Counted from the stretch's first letter, positions 1 through 9,929 are shown. The stretch is DNA of 60,413 bases from Candidatus Tenderia sp. (GCA_031416075.1 JANOSY010000008.1:1-60413); one strand, 5' to 3'. Translations and numbers: made by a program. Notes: generated by a model from the sequence alone, not told the origin.

Positions 1-2769
1 CGAAGCATATAATTCAGGGTCTTCGTCCATATTGATATTAATGATGTCACGGATTGCGTGTTCAACTTTTGCCGCTTTTGTTTCCTTGCGTTTTATTGCC
101 TTTACATTTTCAAAAAATTTGTCGTCAAGAATGGAAATAGGTTCAATTTTGGTCGTTATTCCTTTTGATTTCAGAAACTCATCTGTTACTTTCCTCAACT
201 TATCCGAAACACCTTTCATGCTCATTCGCCTGTCAAGGAAATGCTGCGATGCCAATGTGTTTATCTCTGCAAAGCGATTCAGGTCTTTCAAATAATTCAA
301 TGCTTCTTTTCTTGGAAACACATTGTCCATTGCTTTTGAAAACTTATTGAATGCCTCTGTAAAATCGTGTCGTATATCTTCATCGTAAAACAAATTGAAA
401 ATATCATCGGGATCGGAATACAAACTGATTCCCTGCCCTGTAAAAACTTTATTGAGTTCTTCGTGTGCCGATTTTAACTCTGCAAATAATTCTGCATTGT
501 CTTTTAAGCAACCTGTAATTTCCTGTTGTTCTTTTTCCCAATAAGCATCCAGCGCTTTTTTCATATGGTTGCCCATGCCTACATAATCTACTACAAAACC
601 AACTTGCTTTTGATCATCATACACACGATTCACACGGGCAATTGCCTGCAACAAATTATGATTCACAACTACTTTGTCTAAATACATCACCTGCTCAATG
701 GGCGCATCAAAGCCAGTCAGCAGCATGTCGCACACCACCAGAAAGGCGATGCCAGAATTAACTTTATCCGGATCATTAAAATCAAATGACTTGCAGAAGT
801 TGTCTACCGCACTCCCGGCCTTGGCCTGTTTGCGCGCCTCGGTAATATAGGCCGCTTCATTGGTGCCATCGCTGGAGATCACCACCGCCGCCTTTAAAAA
901 TCGCACTTTTCTGATCAGCTCAAAATCAGACATAGCGTCGGCCTCCAACGTGCGCACCGTATCGGCAAGCGCCTGATGAATGGCCTGCTGATAACGCACC
1001 GCCGCCAGCTTGGAGTGGCACACCACCTGCGCCTTAAAGCCGCTGGGGAAGATATGTTGCAGATAGTGCTTCACCATATCTTTGGCGATGGCGGCGATAC
1101 GCTGTTCGGCCTCCAGCAGGTCGCCGGTGGCACCGTATTTTTTCTTGATCGCCAGCAGCTCTTCCTCGCTGCGATCTTTAAACAGGTTTTCAAATCGGGT
1201 TTCAAAACCATGTTTGTCGTTCAGCGCGGTATCAGCGGTGCGTCCTTCATACAGAATCTGCAAGGTGGTGCCATCTTCCACCGCATCCATCAAACGGTAG
1301 GTGTCGATATAATCGCCAAAGCGCTTGATAGTCTTCTTCTCGCCGTGGCGCTCGGTAATCAGCGGCGTGCCGGTAAAGGCGATGCGCGCCGCATTGGGAA
1401 AGGCCTCAAAGATGTTATCGCCCAGGTCCGAGCCCTGGGTACGGTGCGCCTCGTCGATCATCAGCACAATGCGCGAAGAGTCATTCACCACGCCGAAGGT
1501 CTGGCTGGTGGGGATAGCCTGATAGGTGCCCAGCGCTTCGGCCACCTTCAGCGGCAGGCTCTGGTCGCACAGCTGGAACTTGTGCACCATCACCATATTG
1601 ATATCAGAACTATCCGTCGCCAGCTGCTCACGCAACGCCTTGCGGCTATCAATGCTGTGCACTCGGCCACCGATCAGGGTGGCGGTGGCGGCGAGTTGCT
1701 CTTCCAGGTCCACCCGGTCATTAATCAGCAGGATCTTGTAATCATTCAGGTCGCGAGAGACGCGCAGCATCCGCGCCACAAATACCATGGTCAGGCTCTT
1801 GCCGGAACCTTGCGTGTGCCAGACCACGCCGCTTTTTTCTTCGGCGGTTTTTCCATTGCGCAGCCGCTCGATGATCTTGTTGGCGGCACGAAACTGCTGA
1901 TAACGGCAGACCACCTTGATGCGCGGTCCACCATCGGTATCCATAAACACCGATGAGGTGCGCAGCATGCTCAGCAGATTGGCCTTATTGAGCATGCCGT
2001 TGATCAGCTGCTGTTGCTGATTCATCCCCTCGGCGACGCTATCGGGCTGCGGCCACTGGGTTTTCCACGGATAATAGTGCTCATCGCCGGAGGTGATGGT
2101 GCCGTAGTCCGCCTCCACACCACTGCTACGGATCAACAGCATGTTGCAATGGAATAGACGCGGCTCCCCCTCTTTCAGCCCCTGCTGCTGGGTCGCCTTG
2201 CGCTGATGGCTATAGCGCTGCAACTGCTCAAAGGCCTCGTTCATCGGGCTGGCGCAGGTCGGCCCACCCTTCTTGCACTCCACCACGATCAGCGGAATGC
2301 CATTCACGAACAGCACAATGTCGGGAATGATGAACTGCTTCACGCAACCCGGCGTGTCGATGAGGAATTGGTTGATGGCGAGAAAGTGGTTGTTGTCAGG
2401 ATTGGCAAAGTCGATCAGCCTCACCACCGGGTCCTGCTCACCAGTGGTTTCGTTCACATCCACCTGCGCCTTGAACAGCAGTTTCTGGATTGCCTCATTG
2501 GCCTCCAGCAACGTGCGATTGGGCTGGCGCAGAATCTGGTCCTGCAGGTCCTGCAGTTGTTTGGCCGTCAGCCATGGCCTCCCATCGGCAGTGGTGTTGA
2601 GTGCGGCGACGGATTTGGCAAACAGCTCCGGCAACAGCCACTGGCGGAAATTCAGCCGCTGGCTTTTACCGGGATCGGAGGGAATCTCCTGCCCCTGGTC
2701 GATAACATCCCAGCCTAAGCTTTGCAACTGCTGCAAGAAAGGCTGTTCGACTTCGGTGTATTCGCTCAT
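1..2769 (-). CDS. hsdR: Type I restriction endonuclease subunit R (3' end beyond the window)
   Basis: Absent from the ORF track because it has no stop in the window. Manual translation from ATG 2769 gives MSEYTEVEQPFLQQLQSLGW..., nuclease motif PDIVLFVNGIPLIVVECK, Walker A WHTQGSGKS, DEAH box, MLLTGFDAP and LLQAIARVNR. Frame checked at both ends. Lies downstream of hsdM/hsdS. Confidence 0.95.
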   Translation of the reverse strand, partial: MSEYTEVEQPFLQQLQSLGWDVIDQGQEIPSDPGKSQRLNFRQWLLPELFAKSVAALNTTADGRPWLTAKQLQDLQDQILRQPNRTLLEANEAIQKLLFKAQVDVNETTGEQDPVVRLIDFANPDNNHFLAINQFLIDTPGCVKQFIIPDIVLFVNGIPLIVVECKKGGPTCASPMNEAFEQLQRYSHQRKATQQQGLKEGEPRLFHCNMLLIRSSGVEADYGTITSGDEHYYPWKTQWPQPDSVAEGMNQQQQLINGMLNKANLLSMLRTSSVFMDTDGGPRIKVVCRYQQFRAANKIIERLRNGKTAEEKSGVVWHTQGSGKSLTMVFVARMLRVSRDLNDYKILLINDRVDLEEQLAATATLIGGRVHSIDSRKALREQLATDSSDINMVMVHKFQLCDQSLPLKVAEALGTYQAIPTSQTFGVVNDSSRIVLMIDEAHRTQGSDLGDNIFEAFPNAARIAFTGTPLITERHGEKKTIKRFGDYIDTYRLMDAVEDGTTLQILYEGRTADTALNDKHGFETRFENLFKDRSEEELLAIKKKYGATGDLLEAEQRIAAIAKDMVKHYLQHIFPSGFKAQVVCHSKLAAVRYQQAIHQALADTVRTLEADAMSDFELIRKVRFLKAAVVISSDGTNEAAYITEARKQAKAGSAVDNFCKSFDFNDPDKVNSGIAFLVVCDMLLTGFDAPIEQVMYLDKVVVNHNLLQAIARVNRVYDDQKQVGFVVDYVGMGNHMKKALDAYWEKEQQEITGCLKDNAELFAELKSAHEELNKVFTGQGISLYSDPDDIFNLFYDEDIRHDFTEAFNKFSKAMDNVFPRKEALNYLKDLNRFAEINTLASQHFLDRRMSMKGVSDKLRKVTDEFLKSKGITTKIEPISILDDKFFENVKAIKRKETKAAKVEHAIRDIININMDEDPELYAS

Positions 2770-2939
2770 TACTGAGCCTTAGGTGCATCTTCACCCACCT
2801 GAAACGGCTTGCCATCTTGCCAGACGACGGCGTACTGACCTAAGCGCTGCTTACGCTCAAGGCTTTTGCGCACGGCATCCTGCAACGCTTTGAGCATGGC
2901 TTGCGCCTGAGGCGAGGGCGGAACAGAAGTGATGTTCAT
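2769..2939 (-). CDS. Small hypothetical protein (56 aa, MNITSVPPSPQAQAMLKALQDAVRKSLERKQRLGQYAVVWQDGKP...)
   Basis: Read manually (below the track cutoff). ATGA overlap with the upstream gene and TAATG overlap with hsdR. Resembles small proteins often found beside zeta-toxin/AAA ATPases (from recall). Confidence 0.7.
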   Translation of the reverse strand: MNITSVPPSPQAQAMLKALQDAVRKSLERKQRLGQYAVVWQDGKPFQVGEDAPKAQ

Positions 2940-3187
2940 GTTGGGTACTTTATTTGTGCGTCAGGAATCCATCTCGCCTCAATGGTATCCAGTGAAAGAT
3001 CTGCTCCGCAGTCCCACTCAATGTAGTAGCCACCATTGTGAATGCGTGCGAACTCTCGACTATCTTTCAGTGGCGCAAAGGCTTCAGATTCAAAATAAGG
3101 ATTAACGTCAAACAGACCGGCTTTCCCTTCATCAGTTTTGATATAAAGTGTGCCATCTCCTTTCGGAACAACCTCTGTAATTCTCAT
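2936..3187 (-). CDS. DUF2442-family protein (putative antitoxin)
   Basis: 83 aa; ...F..LKD..EF......G..IEWDCGADLS pattern; coupled to the DUF4160 gene. Confidence 0.8.
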   Translation of the reverse strand: MRITEVVPKGDGTLYIKTDEGKAGLFDVNPYFESEAFAPLKDSREFARIHNGGYYIEWDCGADLSLDTIEARWIPDAQIKYPT

Positions 3188-3456
3188 TGATCCAGCCCTC
3201 GAATTGGAAAAGGTTTCTTGCCGTTAACCGCCAGATCCCAATCAGCAAATAAATCTTCTTGATGTATCTCGATCCACGCAACCACCAGCTTATGCTTTTT
3301 TGGCGGAAGCTCGCCCGCTAATACTGAGCCATCCTGAATAGAGTAAACGGCTGTGTGCCCCTGATATTCTGCATGGATGTGCGGCACATGATGCTTGTCG
3401 GTGTCATAAAAAAACATTCTGATCAGAATGCCAAAGAACATTGAAATTGTAGGCAC
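3184..3456 (-). CDS. DUF4160-family protein (putative toxin)
   Basis: MPTISMFFGILIRMF...HHVPHIHAEY...G.LP...KLVVAWIEIHQEDL..DW signature. Confidence 0.88.
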   Translation of the reverse strand: MPTISMFFGILIRMFFYDTDKHHVPHIHAEYQGHTAVYSIQDGSVLAGELPPKKHKLVVAWIEIHQEDLFADWDLAVNGKKPFPIRGLDQ

Positions 3457-3785
3457 TATAGACTCCCATGTTTGATTTTCAAATGTTGCGACAGCTGGGT
3501 TGCCGTAGCGGCGCGATCCAGATTATGCCCCCAGGGCAATTGTCCAACAGCCTGTTGGACAATTGCAAGATCGGGAAAGGCCGTGCGCAAATCATGCGCC
3601 AGCCGATCAATCACCTTGGCGCGCCAGATCTCGCTACCGATGCTCCAGTACAAACCCACCAGCTCACGGTTAACGGCGAGTGCTGCGCGCTGCTGGGCGG
3701 TGTGGATGCGCTGTTTCAGATCAAGCAGCCATTCGGCGTAACCGCTGGGCGGAGGCGTCAGGGATGCCGGGCGTTCGCTGCTCAT
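3456..3785 (-). pseudogene. Truncated, internally deleted DUF1016/YhcG N-terminal domain
   Basis: Y.EWLLDLKQRIHTAQQRAALAVNRELVGLYWSIG, VIDRLAHDLRTAFPD and QLPWGHN blocks are present, but intervening segments and the PD-(D/E)XK C-terminal domain are missing. Confidence 0.75.
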
Positions 3786-5056
3786 GCGCTTGCCTCCGTG
3801 TTGGGTTCGCTGAGCTGCACAGGGACTTTGCCGGTGAGCAGGTCGTGCATTAGGCCGGATTTTTGTTGGCGGAGTTTGGCGAGTTCTTGCCCCAATGAAT
3901 CAAGGCAACCATTGTGCGCAATAATCCTTGCCTCGATTCGCGCTTGCTCAATTGATGAAGGCAGCGCAACAGGAAACCGATTAAGTTGAGTGGAATTGAT
4001 GGATGCCAGATTGGTGGACTGCTTAGAGTTCAAAACAAAATACTTTTTCCCCATCTCCGACTGAGACCAAAATGCCAGAAAATAGGATCGCAGTTGACCA
4101 TCTCTAGGTCTGACGCGGAACACATGGTTTTGGTGAATGCACGGTTTTATCTCTTCCTGCCACACCGAACCACGTCCAAGCTTGTCGAAGTCACCGCCCT
4201 CATTCATGAGTACATCCCCGAATTGGAGCTGTAGTTTCTCAAGCTGAGTTCGGGACACACGGACGGTCTTCACCTCGGTGAGGTCAAGGTATCCATCCTG
4301 AACATTTGCCACTCGAAGGTAAGGCACCTCGATTTCATCGCTGATCTCGCCCTTCGCGCCCAGCGTGACACCGGATACGATTTCCGCCAAAACTCCAAGC
4401 AGTTTTACCTTCCACTCCTTCGGAATCCACCCAATCGGGGTGTGCTGGTACAGCTCTGGCGCTTGTTCGCGGGGTGGGCGCAGTTGGCCGTCGGCTGTGA
4501 CGCCACGGGTAAAGAGGTCGTGCATCAGCCCCGCTTTGATCTGCTGGTATTTTTCAATCAGCGCTTCGGTTTTTTCGATGGCTTGGTCGATGGTGCCTAA
4601 TATGAAACTTATCTTTTTCTGTTTTTCGTATGGAACCTCTGGGATCGGAAATATCTTGATGTCATTTGTTCCGATAGCCGAGAAGGTGGAACCTTGGCTG
4701 CGGCGGTGCAAGAAAGCTACATTTTGTTCTATTGAGTAACCCAAAAATCGTGTGTCAGAAATACCCGACTTCGCTTTGATCGCTCCCAATCCTCGACCGA
4801 TGCAATAACCTTGTTCGCCCCAATTCAATTTTCCAACTGGAGCCCGGACACTAATTAGTATCGAATCTGGTTTTGATGCTCGCAGAGGCTGAAGGCAATA
4901 GATTTCAGTAGATGGCGACTGCTTGCCAAACTCCGCACAACCTTGAAGAAAAGGCAGCCCGCGCTCATCAGTATTGCAGCTTGCAGAGTCAGGCGACTGA
5001 CCCATTGTGATGTCAGCAAGATCGCACAGTTGAAGAAATGTTTGAGGTTCACTCAT
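3782..5056 (-). CDS. hsdS: Type I R-M specificity subunit S
   Basis: Two TRDs with conserved coiled-coil spacers ([29 protein letters not shown]; [13 protein letters not shown]). True start is probably ATG 5056 overlapping the hsdM stop, not 5176. Confidence 0.93.
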   Translation of the reverse strand: MSEPQTFLQLCDLADITMGQSPDSASCNTDERGLPFLQGCAEFGKQSPSTEIYCLQPLRASKPDSILISVRAPVGKLNWGEQGYCIGRGLGAIKAKSGISDTRFLGYSIEQNVAFLHRRSQGSTFSAIGTNDIKIFPIPEVPYEKQKKISFILGTIDQAIEKTEALIEKYQQIKAGLMHDLFTRGVTADGQLRPPREQAPELYQHTPIGWIPKEWKVKLLGVLAEIVSGVTLGAKGEISDEIEVPYLRVANVQDGYLDLTEVKTVRVSRTQLEKLQLQFGDVLMNEGGDFDKLGRGSVWQEEIKPCIHQNHVFRVRPRDGQLRSYFLAFWSQSEMGKKYFVLNSKQSTNLASINSTQLNRFPVALPSSIEQARIEARIIAHNGCLDSLGQELAKLRQQKSGLMHDLLTGKVPVQLSEPNTEASA

Positions 5057-7715
5057 ACCCCAGCTCCACCAAAAATGCCTGCAACTGTTGCGAGGCGGCA
5101 TCCCGCTCGGCCTCGATGGTCTTGGCGGTGACGGCGTATTTGCTCCACAGGTTTTCAATCGCCTTGATGCAAGCACGCTGGTCGGCGCGCAGGTAGGCGC
5201 GGTAGGTATCCATCAGCAACTGGCGCAGGCGCTCGATGATGACGGTGCGGGCTTCATCATTGGTGATTTTGGCACGGGCGCTTTGCACCAGTTCGTCGCG
5301 TTTGTCTGCTATGCCTTTGATGGTGGCGCGCAGGGTTTTGACTTCATCTTCCAGCGCCTTGTGGCGTTGCAGTTGCGCTTCGATCTGTTCGGCTTCGCGT
5401 TGCCATAGTTCGGCATCGCCCATGTTGTGGTCGCGCTTGCAGAGCTTGGCCATGCCTTTGGCCTCTTTGAGGCGGACCTTCAGCTCTTTGACCTGATCTG
5501 AATTCATCACGCCGGTGTCGTCTGCATCTTCAAACTCTTCTTCATCGGCGGCGGCGAACAGAGCTTGCAGTTCGGCGAGACGGGTTTGGGCATCTTCCTG
5601 TTCTTTCAATATTTCGGGAAACTGGCTTTGCAGTATCTCTTCGTCCGGGATCAGCTCCGGCCCCCAGCCGCTGGCGGCGATGGATTTGAAGTCGGCCTTG
5701 AGCAGATCGACATAGTTGGCAAAGGCACCGCGCACTTGGAACGGGGTGAGCAGATTCTGTCCTTGCTTACCTTCTTGGGCAAGCGCCTGTTCGATGCTGG
5801 CCAGCAAGCTGCTGCGCATGACGTAAACGTTGCGCGGTTTCGTCTCTTGAAGCTTATCTATTTCGGGGGCATCCGGTGCCAGTGCCTCGACGATGGGCAA
5901 GTTGGCCTGCCACCAGGCTTGCAGTATCTGCATGAATTGCGCGTGGCGGGTAGTGACGCTTTGGTGGCTACTCACAAAGTCGGCGATGTCGCGTTTGCTG
6001 GCGAGCACCGGGGCGAAGTCGAGATAGGCGTAGGTCGGGTTAGCGGCTTTATCGCGTAACCCGACATCTCCGAGCGCGTCTGATTCTGCGAATTGTCGGG
6101 TTACGCCCAAAAGCGGGCTAACCCGACCTACGGGAAGGCGGGGCACAAAGCAGCTTTCGCGCAAGCCGGCGTAGTTCTGCCAGAAAGGCGCTAGCGCATC
6201 AACCTCACAGACCGGCACACCGCCGTGCAGATGGGCGCGCACGTCGTGCGGCTCGGGTGGCGGGGCGTTGTCCACGTAGCGGCGGATGTTGCAGTTGTAC
6301 TCTTCGGCCACGATCTCGGCTTTGGGCACCAGGCGGGCGTAGCCGGGGAGTTCTCCGCCGTTGCGGTAGGCGTAGATGATCTTGTCGATATCTTCCGGGC
6401 GCAGGTGGTTTTGCGCCTTGCCTTCGCGGTATTCGCGGTCGGCATTGATGAAGAGCACATGGTCGCGCTGGGCTGCACCGGCCTTGTTCATCACCAGGAT
6501 GCAGGCCGGGATGCCGGTGCCATAAAAGAGATTGCCGGGCAGGCCGATGATCGCTTCCAGATAACCGTGCTCGATAAAGTGTTTACGCGCCTCGCGCTCT
6601 TCGCCGCCACGGAACAGCACGCCGTGGGGCATGACGGTGGCCATGCGGCCAGTGTGTTTGAGCACGGCCAGCATATGCTGGACAAACATCAGGTCGGCCT
6701 TTTTGCCCTTCTCCGGCATCATCACCGGGAAGCGCCCGGGAAATTTCAAATTATTCTTGATGTAGTTCTGGCTGAAGGGAGGATTAGCCACCACGCGGTC
6801 GAAGCGTTTGAGTTCGTTGGTGTCGTCCAGGTGTTGCGGTTCACGCAGGGTGTCTCCCTGTTCAATTTTGGCGTGAGAGATACCGTGCAGCAGCATGTTC
6901 ATTTTGCAGATGGACCAGGTGGTGCCCATCTTCTCCTGACCGAAGAGCGCCAGTTCATCGGCGCTACCGCCTTTTTCGCGCAGGTAGTCGCGCATCTGGA
7001 TCAACATGCCGCCGGAGCCGACGGTGGGGTCGTAGACACTCATGCCTTCTTCGGGGTTACAGATTTCTACGCAGATACGCACCACTTCGGCGGGGGTGTA
7101 AAACTCGCCGGCCTTTTTACCGGCGGAGTCGGCAAAGTATTTAATCAGCCATTCGTAGGCCGCACCGAGCAGGTCGGGGAATTCAAAGTCGCTGTCCTTG
7201 AGCGGGATCTTTTCGAAGTTCTGCACGAAGTCGGCCAGGGTGTCGTCATCCAGAGTGCGCTGGCCGATCTTGCGGTTGAAGTTGATGCCTTTGAGCACGT
7301 CCTGCAGGGCGTCCGGGTTGGCATCTTCGATCGCCTCCAGCGCTTTGTTCAAGGTGGTGCCGACGTTTTCTTTGACGTGTTTCAATGCCGGGCGTTGAAT
7401 GAGTTTTTTCTCGCCATCCACGACCACCTCCTCCACCCAACCCTGATTCCAGCGGGCGCGAGGCGGCACAAAGAAGTATTTGCCGGAGTAGTGATCTGAA
7501 TCTTTCAGCGCTTCTTCAATATCGGCGGGTGACATGCCCTGGGCGGCGAACTGCTTGCGCAGCTCGGCCTGGCGCTGATCGAACAGATCGCTGGCCCGTT
7601 TCAGGAACAACATGCCGAAGATGTATTCCTTGTATTCACTGGCATCCATGCTGCCGCGCAGGTCGTCGCAGGCGGTGAGCAGCAGGTTTTCGAGACGGGA
7701 TAACGTCAGTTTCAT
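5049..7715 (-). CDS. hsdM: Type I R-M N6-adenine methyltransferase subunit M (long form)
   Basis: [17 protein letters not shown] (motif I), VANPPF (motif IV), PHGVLFRGG, and a C-terminal helical extension. Confidence 0.96.
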   Translation of the reverse strand: MKLTLSRLENLLLTACDDLRGSMDASEYKEYIFGMLFLKRASDLFDQRQAELRKQFAAQGMSPADIEEALKDSDHYSGKYFFVPPRARWNQGWVEEVVVDGEKKLIQRPALKHVKENVGTTLNKALEAIEDANPDALQDVLKGINFNRKIGQRTLDDDTLADFVQNFEKIPLKDSDFEFPDLLGAAYEWLIKYFADSAGKKAGEFYTPAEVVRICVEICNPEEGMSVYDPTVGSGGMLIQMRDYLREKGGSADELALFGQEKMGTTWSICKMNMLLHGISHAKIEQGDTLREPQHLDDTNELKRFDRVVANPPFSQNYIKNNLKFPGRFPVMMPEKGKKADLMFVQHMLAVLKHTGRMATVMPHGVLFRGGEEREARKHFIEHGYLEAIIGLPGNLFYGTGIPACILVMNKAGAAQRDHVLFINADREYREGKAQNHLRPEDIDKIIYAYRNGGELPGYARLVPKAEIVAEEYNCNIRRYVDNAPPPEPHDVRAHLHGGVPVCEVDALAPFWQNYAGLRESCFVPRLPVGRVSPLLGVTRQFAESDALGDVGLRDKAANPTYAYLDFAPVLASKRDIADFVSSHQSVTTRHAQFMQILQAWWQANLPIVEALAPDAPEIDKLQETKPRNVYVMRSSLLASIEQALAQEGKQGQNLLTPFQVRGAFANYVDLLKADFKSIAASGWGPELIPDEEILQSQFPEILKEQEDAQTRLAELQALFAAADEEEFEDADDTGVMNSDQVKELKVRLKEAKGMAKLCKRDHNMGDAELWQREAEQIEAQLQRHKALEDEVKTLRATIKGIADKRDELVQSARAKITNDEARTVIIERLRQLLMDTYRAYLRADQRACIKAIENLWSKYAVTAKTIEAERDAASQQLQAFLVELGYE
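6030..6131. repeat. GTAG-type REP doublet (REPIN-like) inserted in frame in hsdM
   Basis: Perfect 15-bp terminal IR GTAGGTCGGGTTAGC/GCTAACCCGACCTAC and inner IR GCGTAACCCGACA/TGTCGGGTTACGC. Length 102 bp = 34 codons. Confidence 0.85.
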
Positions 7716-7924
7716 TAATGCTTCCTGCTCTTTTTATTGATTACCGGGCCTGTTGCGCGGCAGTGAGTGCTAAGTGGGGCATATAAACGTGGGCTAGAGA
7801 AAAAGATTAAACATGGTGCTAACCAGACCCTGCCCGCTCAATGACATCTCAAAATCTTTTGTGTTTTTATACGAACCGCGCGGCGTCTCTTCCATTCTGT
7901 GGTGAGCATATGTGCTCAGGGCTT

Positions 7925-7946
7925 GCCCCGCGCAATGCGCGGGCAC
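7925..7946 (-). terminator. GC-rich hairpin just after hemH
   Basis: TGCCCCGCGCAATGCGCGGGCA inverted repeat; U-tract weak. Confidence 0.35.
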
Positions 7947-7947
7947 C

Positions 7948-9060
7948 CTACCCCTTCGCCCCTAACGCCTTGGCACGCTGTTGCCGCAGCTCTGCCTCAC
8001 GATTGACATGGGAGACATTCCAGTCCACATCCAGCTCCTGCCACCCCTGCATGTGGCGCATGGCCAACTCGGCCATCGCCTCCATGTAGTCAGGGCGGTC
8101 ATTTAGGGCTGGAATGTAATGGTAGTTCTCGCCGCCTGCCTTAATGAACCGATCCCGATTTTCAACAGCGATCTCCTCAAGGGTTTCAAGACAGTCGGCG
8201 CTGAAGGCTGGGCAGACGATGGCGATGTTTTTGATTCCCTCTTTTGGCAGCTGCTCCAGCACGTGGTCGGTATAGGGTTTAAGCCATTCTTCACGACCGA
8301 CACGCGACTGGAAGGTGACTTGCCACTGATCGTCGCTCAACCCCAATTTAGCTACGGTAAGACGAGCAACTTTGTGGCACTGACAGAAGTAAGGGTCACC
8401 ATTGAGCAGGTAACGCTTGGGAATACCGTGGAAGGAGAAGATCAGCCGCTGCGGCTGGCCGTTGGCCTCGAACTGTTCCCGGATGCTGCTCACAAGTGAG
8501 TCGATGTAGCGTTCGTCATCGTGAAAGTGGTTGATGAGGCGCAGCTCGGGCATCCGACGCCAGGTTTTCAGCTCATCAAACACAGCATCAAAGATGGAGG
8601 CAGTGGTGGTACCTGAATATTGGGGATACATCGGCAGTATCAAAATACGCTGGGCATTGGCCTGGCGCAGCCGTTCCAGCGCAGCCGGGATGGAGGGATT
8701 GCCGTAACGCATCGCCATCTCGACCTTGACTGGCCCGGCCATGCGCTTTTCCAATAGCTGTTGCAGTGCGGCGGTCTGGCGTTTTGAGATGTTAATCAGC
8801 GGTGAACCCGCTTCGGTCCAGACCGACTGATAGGCGTGGGCGGAACGTTTGGGGCGGATGCGCAAGATGACGCCGTGCAGGATCAACCACCAGAGTGGCC
8901 GCGACATCTCAATCACTCGCGGATCCCAGAGGAACTGGTCCAGATAGCGACGTACCGCATCGGTTGTTGGCGCGTCAGGAGAGCCTAGATTGCAGAGCAA
9001 TACACCCGTGCACTCCATGGAGTTGTGGCTAAAGTTGGGGCTATTTTTATAACTGCTCAT
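7948..9060 (-). CDS. hemH: Ferrochelatase
   Basis: GVLLCNLGSPDAP, MRYGNPSI, PMYPQYSGTT, FSFHGIP, FQSRVGREEWLKPYT, ADCLETLEEI. Start probably 9060 (or 9069), not 9297. Confidence 0.96.
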   Translation of the reverse strand: MSSYKNSPNFSHNSMECTGVLLCNLGSPDAPTTDAVRRYLDQFLWDPRVIEMSRPLWWLILHGVILRIRPKRSAHAYQSVWTEAGSPLINISKRQTAALQQLLEKRMAGPVKVEMAMRYGNPSIPAALERLRQANAQRILILPMYPQYSGTTTASIFDAVFDELKTWRRMPELRLINHFHDDERYIDSLVSSIREQFEANGQPQRLIFSFHGIPKRYLLNGDPYFCQCHKVARLTVAKLGLSDDQWQVTFQSRVGREEWLKPYTDHVLEQLPKEGIKNIAIVCPAFSADCLETLEEIAVENRDRFIKAGGENYHYIPALNDRPDYMEAMAELAMRHMQGWQELDVDWNVSHVNREAELRQQRAKALGAKG

Positions 9061-9154
9061 GTTGGCCATCTTGGTTATCTGCTTAAACAGACACCCAGTA
9101 TACCCAACCGATTGATATCGTGAACAATAAAAAAGGGGGGTTAGTGAATAGCGC

Positions 9155-9775
9155 TCAACCGGGGCGTAACTGGTTTGTAGCTGTCTCAGAAACGGCACCA
9201 GTCGGGGTAAGATCAAGCCCAATCGCCTGAAACAGTGCTTTTTTATCAAATGGCTTGGCCAGGCATGTTTCAGCACCGGCCTGACGGATTTTGGCATTAT
9301 TTTCCGGGGTGAAATAACCGGTCATGGCAATCACACGAATGTGCTGTGTGGTTACATCCTCTTTAATCTGCTGACATACGGCAAAACCATCCAGCCCCGG
9401 CATTTTCAGATCCAGCAGCACCAGCTCAGGGGCAAACAGCTGTATCTTGCGGCCAGCATCAAAACCATCATGGGCAATATCAACATCAAGGGGAATATTT
9501 AGGGTTGCCAGAAGATCGACTAGATAACCGGCAAAAGAGCGGTTGTCATCAACAACCAGAATACGCATTGGGCCGGGGGGGATTATCTGCATACCACGCG
9601 CCTTGGCAAACGCGGCAACATCTTCGAACAGAAAACGACGGTGGCCACCGGCAGTGGTCACTGCCTTTAACCCACCTTTTTGGGCCCATTGTCTAACGGT
9701 AACGGGAGAGACCATGAGCAACTCAGCCACCTCGTTGGGGGTCATGTAGGCACGAAGGTGGCTGCGTTGCATCAC
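9155..9775 (-). CDS. Response regulator with N-terminal excisionase/BldC-like HTH and C-terminal receiver domain
   Basis: YMTPNEVAELLMVSPVTVRQWAQKG.L....TAGGHRRF followed by RILVVDD...LLDLKMPGLDG...MTG...KPFD. Confidence 0.88.
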   Translation of the reverse strand: MMQRSHLRAYMTPNEVAELLMVSPVTVRQWAQKGGLKAVTTAGGHRRFLFEDVAAFAKARGMQIIPPGPMRILVVDDNRSFAGYLVDLLATLNIPLDVDIAHDGFDAGRKIQLFAPELVLLDLKMPGLDGFAVCQQIKEDVTTQHIRVIAMTGYFTPENNAKIRQAGAETCLAKPFDKKALFQAIGLDLTPTGAVSETATNQLRPG

Positions 9776-9814
9776 AATTTCTCCCGTTAACGCGAGTGTA
9801 TATCAAACACAATC

Positions 9815-9850
9815 ATCGTTACAATCGATTTTATCGATTTAATCGGTTTT
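9815..9850. promoter_or_regulatory. Four direct repeats with exact 9-bp period upstream of the HTH-REC regulator
   Basis: ATCGTTACA ATCGATTTT ATCGATTTA ATCGGTTTT; ATCG starts at 9815, 9824, 9833 and 9842. Confidence 0.55.
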
Positions 9851-9929
9851 AGACGCTGCACCGGCCCCACCCTCAAAAAACCTCCAACCCAGCTGAACCC
9901 CACCCACCCCACCATACTGTAATCCTGAA

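Noticed and set aside
976-2782. Long plus-strand ORFs (326, 170 and 169 aa)
   Set aside because: Antisense shadows of the GC-rich hsdR, which carries all expected motifs on the minus strand.
5057-5176. 40-aa N-terminal extension of HsdS in the ORF track
   Set aside because: Overlaps the hsdM 3' end; ATG 5056 gives the usual coupled start.
6225-7499. 424-aa plus-strand ORF
   Set aside because: Antisense shadow of hsdM; no recognisable motifs.
9070-9297. N-terminal extension of HemH
   Set aside because: Overlaps the upstream regulator; ferrochelatase similarity begins near 9060.
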